Source: Gammaproteobacteria bacterium (GTDB lineage: Bacteria; Pseudomonadota; Gammaproteobacteria; Thiohalomonadales; Thiohalomonadaceae). From it: a stretch of DNA of 32,000 bases. Positions 17,959 through 25,905 of this stretch are shown piece after piece. The stretch covers positions 1-32,000 of the forward strand of contig JAWLHA010000048.1 of NCBI GenBank assembly GCA_041690535.1. The letters run 5' to 3'. The notes beneath the pieces are model-generated. The model was given only the letters and a program-made list of their open reading frames with translations, was not told where the DNA came from and ran no database searches. The stretch's first letter is position 1. Every line of letters starts with the position of its first letter. The translations under genes and the position numbers were made by a program.

Positions 17959-18365
17959 GCGTGGCCCCGTTCCTCGGCCACTCTGCGGAGATCCGCGATC
18001 CTTCGGCGCGATGCTTCATCCACCCAGACCCGCAGGGACTGGATGCGCTGACCGATGATGATGCGGCGCAGTTCGTCCTGCTTGTGGGGCGGGTGGTGTT
18101 TGGGGCGGGTCCCGGGCGCATCGGCCGCCTGAAACGGCTTGATGATAGCGCGGAGACGGCGGGGGAAGGAAGCGTAAGGGGATAAGGAGATGCCTCAGTG
18201 GTCCGGCGAGCGCGCTGCGCCTCGCGGTAGCGGGGGATGGCGCCATCGTCCGTGTCTGCCCCGGGCAGCCGGTGTCCTGCGCGGGGCGCCCAAGTAGCCC
18301 GCTGTCGGAGTCGGGGAGAGCCGCCAGGCGGGCCTTCCCCTCCGCATGATGGGCAGGCGGTTGCC

Positions 18366-19418
18366 CTACGCAGGTCCGGGATTTGGCAGAAGTGGTTGCC
18401 GGGACGGCACCTGTGAAGGGACGAGGTGCACGGCGTAGAGGAGGGCGAGCATCAGCAGCGCCGCGCCACCGTTGTGGGCCACGGCGAGGAGCAGGGGGAA
18501 TTGCAGCAGGACGTTTGCAACGCCGATGATGAATTGGGCGGTCACGGTCAGGGCGACCCAGGCACCGGCACGGCGATAACTGCCCCCCGCTTTCAGCAGG
18601 CGCAGGGCCAGCAGGGCGGCGAGCAGGGCGGTCAGGAGCGCGCCAAGCCGGTGGGTCACATGAATCGCGGTGCGTGCCGCGGCATGCAAGGTGCCGCCCT
18701 CGAAATCCTGAGCGGTCGGGGGAAGCTCCGGTTGCAGCGCGGCCCCGAAGTCCATCTCCGGCCACCAACGCCCCTGGCACTGTGGAAAATCGGGGCAAAA
18801 CGGGGCTGCATAGTTGGCGCTGGTCCAGCCGCCGAGGGCGACTTGGCAGGCGGCAACGATGAGGGTGATCCTGGCGAGGCGGCTCACGCCGGGCGAGGTG
18901 ATGGGCGAGATGCGGGGCCTCTGTCCCAGCCACATCCAGAACAGGAGGGCGGTGGTGGCGAACCCACCCAACAGGTGGGCGGTTACCACCATGGGTTGGA
19001 GCTTGAGGGTCACCGTCCACATGCCGAGCAGCGCCTGGAAGATCACAAGGAGCAGCAGCGCACCGCTGAGGCGCCGCATGGAACGGGTCGAGCCCTGGCG
19101 GCGCGCGAGGACAAAGAGCAAGAGGATAAGAAGCCCGAGGCCGCCGGCCCCGTAGCGGTGCACCATCTCCTTCCACGCCTTGGCATGCTCGAGGGGGCGC
19201 TCCGGGTAGAGTTCGGTGGAGGCGGGGACGACCACCTTTCCGTAACAGCCCGGCCAGTCCGGGCAGCCGAGCCCGGCATCCGAAAGCCGAACGTAGGCCC
19301 CGAGCATCACCACAACGAGGGCGAGCAACAGCGCGCCACTTGTCAGCCAGAAAAAGATCCCCCGGGTTTGGGGAGGTTTTTGATTACTCACGCCAACCTC
19401 TTCAGAAGAACGGCACAT
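18366..19418 (-). CDS. ctaA: Heme A synthase (COX15/CtaA family)
   Basis: 350-aa ORF with 8 TM helices. It has the CtaA motifs GAYVRLSDAGLGCPDWPGC, HRYGAG and HVTHRLGA, plus a second Cys pair CPDFPQC. The start could instead be the GTG at 19391. Confidence 0.9.
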   Translation of the reverse strand: MCRSSEEVGVSNQKPPQTRGIFFWLTSGALLLALVVVMLGAYVRLSDAGLGCPDWPGCYGKVVVPASTELYPERPLEHAKAWKEMVHRYGAGGLGLLILLLFVLARRQGSTRSMRRLSGALLLLVIFQALLGMWTVTLKLQPMVVTAHLLGGFATTALLFWMWLGQRPRISPITSPGVSRLARITLIVAACQVALGGWTSANYAAPFCPDFPQCQGRWWPEMDFGAALQPELPPTAQDFEGGTLHAAARTAIHVTHRLGALLTALLAALLALRLLKAGGSYRRAGAWVALTVTAQFIIGVANVLLQFPLLLAVAHNGGAALLMLALLYAVHLVPSQVPSRQPLLPNPGPA

Positions 19419-19453
19419 CCTTATGAACCATAGTGCATGTTATCTCGCATTTC

Positions 19454-19687
19454 GTAACTACTCACCCGCATCCGTCATTCCCGCGAAGCCTGCCCCCGAG
19501 AGCTTTAATCGGGGGGCGGGAATCCAGTGCTGGACTTCAGAGGGCCAAGCGTATTGGGCTGGGCGCCTTATGGATTCCCGCCTTCGCGGGAATGACGAAC
19601 AGTACAAGTAGCGAGGATTGAGTGCGGTGAACCTGCGACCGCATCCTAATTCCATAAGCGGGAAGCAGTCGGAGAGCGAGTAGTTAC
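19454..19687 (-). mobile_element. 234-bp MITE (family 1, copy B, inverted relative to copy A) with 8-bp target site duplication
   Basis: Its reverse complement aligns with 13157-13365 over the full length. It has the same gtaactactc termini. The direct repeat cgcatttc flanks it at 19446-19453 and 19688-19695. It carries a 26-bp internal insertion (19489-19514) that is absent from copy A. Confidence 0.85.
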
Positions 19688-19961
19688 CGCATTTCTTACC
19701 TGGGCCCCGAGACCTCGCGGGTTACCGGCGAGGGACCGCCGCTTTCACATCACTGCGATGTGCAGGCGGTTTCGCCGCGCGCAATCTCACCAACAGGGGC
19801 AAGTGTTTTTCTCTACGAAGTTGACGGTGGGCCTTCTGTTACACCGAGGAGGCGGACGGGCGTCGGGCGCCCCTGCCGCTTATGGGCGGCATTGCCTGGG
19901 AGAGGCGTGGTCAGGTCCCGCCGCTCAGGCGGCAGCGCCGCCCGGCGTCTTCCGACTCTTC

Positions 19962-20156
19962 TCAGGCGCGGGGGATCTCCCCTGATTGCAGGGGGATGAG
20001 CTCGCATCCCGGAAAAAGGGGCGTCAGCCGCGCCTTTGCCTGGTTGGCGTCGGTGGCTGCGATCGACGCATACGCCCGGCCGATGCTCCTTCCCTTGATC
20101 TCGAACTCGAACAGAAAGTCGGTCGCCGAGACATGAATCCGTGATTCCTGCTGCAT
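19962..20156 (-). CDS. Small hypothetical protein (64 aa)
   Basis: A strong RBS, AGGAGGTGCGCC, precedes the ATG. No family was recognised. Confidence 0.5.
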   Translation of the reverse strand: MQQESRIHVSATDFLFEFEIKGRSIGRAYASIAATDANQAKARLTPLFPGCELIPLQSGEIPRA

Positions 20157-20375
20157 GGCGCACCTCCTGCTGTGAAGCCTGAGCAGAAATTGAGTATTTC
20201 GCTTATGAAAATTATTACCCTCATGGAACGGTGTGCAAGTTCCTCAAGGCCGATCGCTGGTAGTGCTATCGATGGTGTGCGATAGGTCCCGCTTCCTTGC
20301 CACGGCAGGTACATGGGCTAAATAAGGGGGATCTGCGGTTTTCGCCACATGAGGGGTGCCCTCGAGGAGACGGGG

Positions 20376-21956
20376 ATGATTGCGAAAGCGCTTTGCTCCG
20401 CAGTGCTGGTGGGGCTGCTGCCCTGGAGCGCCGGTGCGCAGCCGCCCACTTCGACCGATCTCGCGGGCGAGAGCGTCGAGGCGCCGCCGCTACCTCCGAG
20501 CGGGGAGCGGCGGGAGCGTTCCGATCGGGCGATTACCGATGCGGTGGTGGCCGAGATTGGGGCGGACCCCGCCGTTGCGCTGGACCACATCGAGGTGGAG
20601 ACCGACGGCGGCATTGTTCGGTTGCAGGGTACCGTGAGCAACCTCCTCGCCAGGGACAGGGCCACGGAACTTGCCGAGGCGGTGAAAGGGGTCCGTGCGG
20701 TGGTCAATTACATCGAAGTGCGCCCGTCGGAGCCTCGCAGCGATCGTGCGCTCCACCAGGATATCGCCGCGGCGCTGGATGCCCACCCCGCGGTGGAGGC
20801 AAGCGATATTGACGTTGAGGCGGAGGACGGCATCGTCACGCTGACCGGTACCGTTGGGGCGTGGCTCGAAATGCAGGCGGCCCTCCGTGTGGCCAAGAGC
20901 GTACGCGGCGTGCGCGGGGTGAGAAACCGTATGGGCTTCGATTTCGACGAGCAGCTTTCGGAAGCGGAGATCGAATCCCGGGTCGGCTCGGCGCTGCGTT
21001 GGGATGCCCTGGTCGATGACAGCCAGATTGAGGTGCAGGCGGAAGGCCATCGGGTGACGCTCTCGGGGGTGGTGGGCAGTGCGGCGGAGAAGCGCCGGGC
21101 CATGAAGAGTGCCGGGATCCCGGGCGTCGAGGAGGTGGATGTTGCCGCCCTGGAGGTCGATCCGGCCGTGGCAAATGGTGGCGTGCGCCATGACAGCCCT
21201 CCGGGGCAGCGTGATGCCGAGCTGCGGCAGGCGGTGTTGGCTGTACTGCGGGCTGACCCGCGTGTGGATGCCGAAGGCCTTCAGGTGGAGGTCGCCGAAG
21301 GGGTGGTGGTGCTCCGGGGGGAGGTGGCGACTGTGGACGCGAAATTGGCCGCCGGCAGTGGCGCCCGAACCACGTTGGGAGTGGTTGCGGTGGACAATCG
21401 CTTGAAGGTCGAGCCCCGGGAGGAGATCACCCAGGCGCGCCTCGAGCAGGCGCTGGAAGCGGCGATTGACCGAAGCCCCTATCTCGAACCCTATGACATT
21501 CATGTGGTGGTGGCGGAGGGGATTGCCTTCCTCACCGGCATCGTGAGCTCCTCGTTCGAGAAAGCGGAGGCCCACAGGATCGCCGCCAGCGTGCGAGGGA
21601 TCCGCAGTGTGCAAAACATGTTGAGTGTCCTCGACGAGAGTGGGCCCCCGGGGTTTGATCCCTATGTGGACGAGTATGCCCTGTTCGATTACGACTGGTA
21701 CAAATACGAGCCCCCAACCACGGCGCGGTCTGACGCCGAGATCCGGCAGGACATCGAAAACCAACTTTTCTGGAGTCCATTGGTGGACGGCCAACGGGTC
21801 GGGGTCGAGGTGCACGATGGCGTCGCCTACCTGCGCGGGACGGTGAGTTCATGGGCTGCGCGGCAAGCCGCGGCGGAGAATGCCTTCGAGGGCGGCGCGG
21901 TGTGGGTGGAGAACGATCTCGTCATCGACACCGGCCGCGGGGAGGAGGGGTCCTGA
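20376..21956 (+). CDS. Secreted protein with six tandem BON domains (OsmY-like)
   Basis: The ATG at 20376 is preceded by GAGGAG. The signal peptide is MIAKALCSAVLVGLLPWSAGAQP. There are six repeats of the BON pattern (D..I...V...L..dp.v....i.V.v..G.V.L.G.V.s......A...a..v.GV..V.N.l.V). Confidence 0.88.
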   Translation: MIAKALCSAVLVGLLPWSAGAQPPTSTDLAGESVEAPPLPPSGERRERSDRAITDAVVAEIGADPAVALDHIEVETDGGIVRLQGTVSNLLARDRATELAEAVKGVRAVVNYIEVRPSEPRSDRALHQDIAAALDAHPAVEASDIDVEAEDGIVTLTGTVGAWLEMQAALRVAKSVRGVRGVRNRMGFDFDEQLSEAEIESRVGSALRWDALVDDSQIEVQAEGHRVTLSGVVGSAAEKRRAMKSAGIPGVEEVDVAALEVDPAVANGGVRHDSPPGQRDAELRQAVLAVLRADPRVDAEGLQVEVAEGVVVLRGEVATVDAKLAAGSGARTTLGVVAVDNRLKVEPREEITQARLEQALEAAIDRSPYLEPYDIHVVVAEGIAFLTGIVSSSFEKAEAHRIAASVRGIRSVQNMLSVLDESGPPGFDPYVDEYALFDYDWYKYEPPTTARSDAEIRQDIENQLFWSPLVDGQRVGVEVHDGVAYLRGTVSSWAARQAAAENAFEGGAVWVENDLVIDTGRGEEGS

Positions 21957-21978
21957 ACTGGCTGAGCATGGCAGCGAT

Positions 21979-23091
21979 TCAGAGTGCCGCCGTGCCCGCC
22001 GAGCGCCGCAATCGTGCGGCCTCCTGCAGATGTGCGATGAGCTCGGCGGCGCGGTGGGTGGCGGTATGCTCCGCAAGCACCCGCTGCCTGCCGCGCTCGC
22101 CGACCGCCTGGCGCGCCGTATCGCTCATGTCCCGGAGGTGGCCAAGACACTCCTCGGGCGAACGCGCCACCAGAATTTCCTCGCCAGGGGTGAAGACCGA
22201 ATCCAATCCCTCCCATGGATCGCTGATGATTGGCGTTCCACAGGCGGCCGCTTCGAACAGCCGTACGCTTGGCGAATACCCCAGGCGCACCATTTCCGCT
22301 CGGGTGGCATTCAGGGTGAAGCGCTGCCTGTTGTAGAAGCTGCGGTGCTCGCTGGGCGGAAGGTGGTCGATGCGGTCAACGTTTTCGGCCCACTCGATCC
22401 CCGACGGGTACATGGGCCCGGCAACGATGAAGCGTCTCTCGGGACAGGCCCGGGCGGGTGTGTTGAGCAGGGATTCGAGCACCGGTTGCCGATCCTCGGC
22501 GTAGGTACCGAGATAGCCCAGGTCCCACAGGCGCTCCGTGGGCTCGGGGTAATAGGCGGAGGGATCCACTGAACAGTAGAGCGGCCGTGCGCAGGGCGAT
22601 CCGTAGCGCCGCTCGATCAGTTCCAGGGTGGGCCCGCCGGTGAAGGAGAGGTAGAGGTCGTACTGCCCGATCTGCGCTGCCGTGAGGTAATCGGTGCCGC
22701 CCCGCGCCAGGTTGGCAAGGGTGACCGGTGTGTCGATGTCGTAGAAGGCCCGCACCCCCCGCGCCTCCCCCAGCACCCATTGGGCGGCCAGTGCACCCTC
22801 GGGGACGTAGGAGCCCAGGATCACCGCGTCGGCCTGGCGGAGGTTTGCTCCATAGGTATCCCGTAGTTCTTCGAGACTCTCGTACAGCTCGGTCCGGCCC
22901 CATGGGGGCGTGAGCAAATCGCGGTTCTCCCTGTACCAGGGTTTGTCCCGCTCGAGAAACAGGACGCGGTGCCCCTGTTCGCAGAGTTCACGCACCAACG
23001 CGCGGTAGGTGGTGGCGTGTCCGTTCCCCCAGGAGGAGGTGATGGTGAGCCCTACAATGACGATGTCCATCGGTTCCGACATGGGTGGCAA
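21979..23091 (-). CDS. CgeB/DUF3880-like glycosyltransferase (paralog 1)
   Basis: 370-aa ORF. The N-terminus is SSWGNGHATTYRAL. The C-terminal motif SPSVRLFEAAACGTPIISDPWEGLDSVFTPGEEILVAR is shared with 27335-28432 and 28447-29562. Confidence 0.8.
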   Translation of the reverse strand: MPPMSEPMDIVIVGLTITSSWGNGHATTYRALVRELCEQGHRVLFLERDKPWYRENRDLLTPPWGRTELYESLEELRDTYGANLRQADAVILGSYVPEGALAAQWVLGEARGVRAFYDIDTPVTLANLARGGTDYLTAAQIGQYDLYLSFTGGPTLELIERRYGSPCARPLYCSVDPSAYYPEPTERLWDLGYLGTYAEDRQPVLESLLNTPARACPERRFIVAGPMYPSGIEWAENVDRIDHLPPSEHRSFYNRQRFTLNATRAEMVRLGYSPSVRLFEAAACGTPIISDPWEGLDSVFTPGEEILVARSPEECLGHLRDMSDTARQAVGERGRQRVLAEHTATHRAAELIAHLQEAARLRRSAGTAAL

Positions 23092-23106
23092 CTCCCGCGG
23101 GTTATC

Positions 23107-24198
23107 TCAGGGTGCGAGGCGGGCGGCGGGCCGGTCCAGAAGGCGCCGGTAAGCGCCCCAGTAAGCCCTGGCCATTGCTTCGGCCTTGAAGGCCGCGGCC
23201 CGTCCACAGGCCGCCTCAGCAAGTCTGCTACGCCGCCTGGGGCGGTCGATGAGGGCATTGATGGTGCCGGCGAGCGCTGTGCTGTCGTCTGGCGGCACAA
23301 AGGTCGCCGCGCCGTCCCACAACTCCCGAAAGCTCGGGATGTCCCCCAGCACCAACGGACAGCCGGACTGCGCCGCCTCCAGAACGGAGAGGCCGAAGGG
23401 CTCGTAATAGGCGGGAAAGGCGTAAATTCCCGCCTTCGCGAAAAGCCCCACGAGGAGGTCCGGGGCAAGCTGGCCATGACAGCGCACCTGTTCCAGATCC
23501 ACCTGCCCCCCATCGGGATGATGCGCCTCGCCCACCACGTGCACCGGCCATCGAATTCCCGCTGCCGCAGCCGCCACGGTGTGCACGTTCTTGGCCTTGT
23601 CCCACAGCCTTCCCACGGTGAGGACAAACTCCTGCTTGGGGGCCGGTCTGAAGCCTCCGCAGGTGCCGTTGTGGATCACCTGGGTGGTCCGGAGGGGGCC
23701 ATAGAGCCGATGCAACTGGCCCATCATGAAGTGGGAGGGTGCCACCACCAGGTCGGCGGCGTGGAGACCTGCCCGAATCTTTTTTTCATAATTGCGATAG
23801 GCTGCAGGGGCCCGCTGTCGGTGCACCGCCTGCCACCACGACAGCACGCAGGAGTGTCCAACCACCACCACCGGCGCGCGCCAGGGAAGGGCGCCGTGGG
23901 CATAACTGTTCAGGTGGATCAGCTCCGGCCGGTGCCGCGCCTCCAGCCCCAACAGCCATTCCCCCGCACGTTGCACATCGGCCCAGGGGTCCTGCATCCA
24001 TTCGAGCCGGTAGCGGCTCTCTTCCACCTCTACCCGCATGCCCCGCACCTGTTGGCGCTGGGTCCGTGAGAGGCGGCCGCCCATGGTCGCAAGTACCACT
24101 TCCGCCTCGCCAAGCGCAGAGGCCAGGGTCAGGGCGTAGTGCCAGACACCGCCCACGGTGTCTGCCGTCATCAGGATGCGCGTGCCCTTGCGGTTCAA
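23107..24198 (-). CDS. Glycosyltransferase family 4 (GT-B, group 1)
   Basis: 363-aa ORF with a TTG start preceded by AAGGA. It has GGVWHY near the N-terminus and the EX7E-type motif YEPFGLSVLEAAQSGCPLV. Confidence 0.85.
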   Translation of the reverse strand: MNRKGTRILMTADTVGGVWHYALTLASALGEAEVVLATMGGRLSRTQRQQVRGMRVEVEESRYRLEWMQDPWADVQRAGEWLLGLEARHRPELIHLNSYAHGALPWRAPVVVVGHSCVLSWWQAVHRQRAPAAYRNYEKKIRAGLHAADLVVAPSHFMMGQLHRLYGPLRTTQVIHNGTCGGFRPAPKQEFVLTVGRLWDKAKNVHTVAAAAAGIRWPVHVVGEAHHPDGGQVDLEQVRCHGQLAPDLLVGLFAKAGIYAFPAYYEPFGLSVLEAAQSGCPLVLGDIPSFRELWDGAATFVPPDDSTALAGTINALIDRPRRRSRLAEAACGRAAAFKAEAMARAYWGAYRRLLDRPAARLAP

Positions 24199-24334
24199 TG
24201 GTCATCCTTAGTGGAATTGTTGGCAGGCAGCAGCATCATCCGTGCCACCCTGGAATCATAGCCGGACGGGTGTGGAGTCACTGCTTCGGCGCGAGATATC
24301 GGGGGCAAGGGCAGAAGAATTTTCAACAAGGCGT

Positions 24335-24358
24335 GTAAAAGCTGCAGGCCTGCAGCTT
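24335..24358 (-). terminator. Palindrome plus T-tract (putative intrinsic terminator) inside the tail of the ferritin-like ORF
   Basis: aagctgcaggcctgcagctt (24339-24358) is a perfect 20-bp palindrome. On the minus strand it is followed by TTTTAC. Confidence 0.4.
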
Positions 24359-24360
24359 GC

Positions 24361-24385
24361 GTAGGGTGGATGCGCGCAGCGCATC
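24361..24385. repeat. Single REP-like unit related to the arms of the 27233-27302 palindrome
   Basis: gtagggtggatgcgcgcagcgcatc compares with gtagggtggataagcgcagcgcatccacc. Confidence 0.5.
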
Positions 24386-25333
24386 GAGACTCTCTGACAG
24401 CGAGGTGCGGGGATCGGTGACCACCTTCAGTACGCCTTCACTGGTCACCCCGGCCACATCGGCCGAAGGCGTAACGGAGGTGGGGTCGCCCCCGAGGTCC
24501 ACCATGGCGTTGCGCAGCATTTGAAAGTGGGCGAGTTCTTCATGGTGAAAATGGATCAGTTCGTCCCGCGAAGGGCCGCCGGCCCAGCTGCCCTCGGCAT
24601 CGAACTTGTCCAGCAGCCCCTCATACAGCCGCGTCCCGGTGCGTTCGAACGCCAGGTTCTCGCCCAGCTTATCCAGGAAGATGATGGGGTCCTTCCCCTT
24701 GAGCGCCTGCATTCCGGTCTTGATCGCCCCCTTGAGAGAGCTTGGCGCGGGGGCCGAGCCGATGGACGGTGCTTCGCCCGCATACTCCTTGCGGGTAGCG
24801 GAGGCGAATTTTGGCCAGGGATTCGCGCAGGTCCTTGTTCATGCGCGCACAGGCGTGCTGGAAGCGGATCGCCTCGGACTCGATCCCGTTCATCAGAATC
24901 ACCCGGACCCGCGTGAAGGCATCATCATCCAGCTTGCTGAAAGGGGGCGGACCATCTCTTTCCAGGTGAATTTCTGGTCGCCGATGGGAACGCCTTTCTC
25001 CTTGATGATGTCCAGTGCCATGTCGCTGCCTCCTTGCAGTTTGGAAGGGAGTTGGAGAAGGGCATCCGTGCCCTTCTCCAACCGCCGCGCCCGGCCCGTG
25101 AGCCTTGCGCGGTTCCCCGAATCGAGCCACCACAGGCTCGGCTCGGGGGCGGAGCGTCCGTGCCCCGCAAGTGCGACCCTCTGCACTGATGGTGGGGGAT
25201 ACCCCGACACGTCCCCTGCGACGATATTAGTCCGCCATGGAAGCAGCGTCGAAAAGTTTTGCGACCCCTGCTGTCTCCCGTGCCTTGGACTGCTAATTGT
25301 TCTAGCGAGGGGGTCGTCGAAGAGGTAACGGAG

Positions 25334-25609
25334 ATGGGTCGGGAAGCCCGCTTCACACTCAGAAAGTGTTACGTCGGCGAGGATTTGGCAGATAACCCGC
25401 CAATGCGCCTGCAGCTATCGGTCACTTACCAGATGGACGGCGCTGAGGAGCAACGAACCTTTCTCCAGAGTGAAATAGAGCAGGCGCGGCTGTTCGTAGA
25501 GAAGTGCCGGAGCGACGGGTTGTCTGCCGAGCAGATCAGCGAACTGGAACACTGCTTGCGGGCGTTCGAGGCGGGAGAGTCGCGTCCCTTGTGGCAAGAG
25601 TTCACCTGA
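25334..25609 (+). CDS. Hypothetical protein (91 aa)
   Basis: The ATG at 25334 lies downstream of AGAGGTAACGGAG. The ORF is oriented opposite to the surrounding operon. No family was recognised. Confidence 0.5.
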   Translation: MGREARFTLRKCYVGEDLADNPPMRLQLSVTYQMDGAEEQRTFLQSEIEQARLFVEKCRSDGLSAEQISELEHCLRAFEAGESRPLWQEFT

Positions 25610-25627
25610 GGTTGACCAGGAGGCTGT

Positions 25628-25846
25628 ATGGCAAACGATCCGTTTGGCGAACCCGGTCGGGGACGGCCTGAAAGCGGGACTGGCGGTGTGCTCCAGCTCA
25701 TTGGCGGGACGGCGCTCATTCTGCTTGGGCTCAAACGCAGGACACGGTTGCGCCTACCCGCGGCGCTCGGCGGAGCCGCGATAGTGTATCGCGGCGCACA
25801 ACGCTATCGAAGGTACCTGCAGGAGGCCGCAAGGGCGGAGAAGTGA
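25628..25846 (+). CDS. Small membrane protein, DUF2892/YgaP-TM-like
   Basis: A strong RBS, AGGAGGCTGT, precedes the ATG. The sequence LIGGTALILLGLKRRTRLRLPAALGGAAIVYRGAQRY resembles the two-helix GL.RRS...LA..GG.L.YRG motif. Confidence 0.6.
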   Translation: MANDPFGEPGRGRPESGTGGVLQLIGGTALILLGLKRRTRLRLPAALGGAAIVYRGAQRYRRYLQEAARAEK

Positions 25847-25869
25847 TTGGGCCCGTGGCTCGAAACCTG

Positions 25870-25892
25870 CGGCGGGGCATTACGCCCCGCCG
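25870..25892. terminator. GC hairpin between convergent genes
   Basis: cggcggggc (25870-25878) pairs with gccccgccg (25884-25892) around a 5-nt loop. There is no T-tract. Confidence 0.4.
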
Positions 25893-25905
25893 GGCCCGAT
25901 GAAGG

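Larger units (their letters stand above)
24323..25021 (-). pseudogene. Ferritin-like (diiron four-helix-bundle type) gene, disrupted by two frameshifts and with a REP-derived 3' end
   Basis: The ATG at 25021 has the RBS AAGGAGG. The reading frame MALDIIKEKGVPIGDQKFTWKEMV shifts at the G5/C5 run (24943-24947) to PPPFSKLDDDAFTRV...ESLAKI. It shifts again at the T4/A4 run (about 24809-24812) to FASATRKEYAGE...MQALKGKDPIIFLDKLG...HFHHEELAHFQMLRNA. The last ~15 codons are encoded by a REP-like repeat and a terminator palindrome. Confidence 0.7.

Noticed and set aside
17950-18000. Plus-strand stretch GTCATGCGTGGCCCCGTTCCTCGGC that resembles the core of the attC family
   Set aside because: The similarity is limited to a ~9-nt TTCCTCGGC match plus GC-rich context. 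It has no R boxes or palindrome and lies inside overlapping coding sequence.
17548-18365. Search for an integron integrase (or a fragment of one) next to the head of the array, on either strand
   Set aside because: No frame shows tyrosine-recombinase motifs (R...HxxR...Y box). The plus-strand ORFs here are low-complexity shadow frames.
13157-19687. Composite transposon formed by the two inverted MITE copies
   Set aside because: Each copy has its own distinct 8-bp duplication (caaaagaa versus cgcatttc). The outer flanks do not match each other, which argues for two independent insertions.
20280-20300. Sigma-54-like TGGCA element on the minus strand upstream of the 64-aa ORF region
   Set aside because: The -12 element (TTGC) is absent at the required spacing.
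24809-24947. Programmed ribosomal frameshifting in the ferritin-like gene
   Set aside because: There are two shifts in opposite directions at plain homopolymers, with no slippery heptamer or downstream structure. Decay or sequencing error is more parsimonious.
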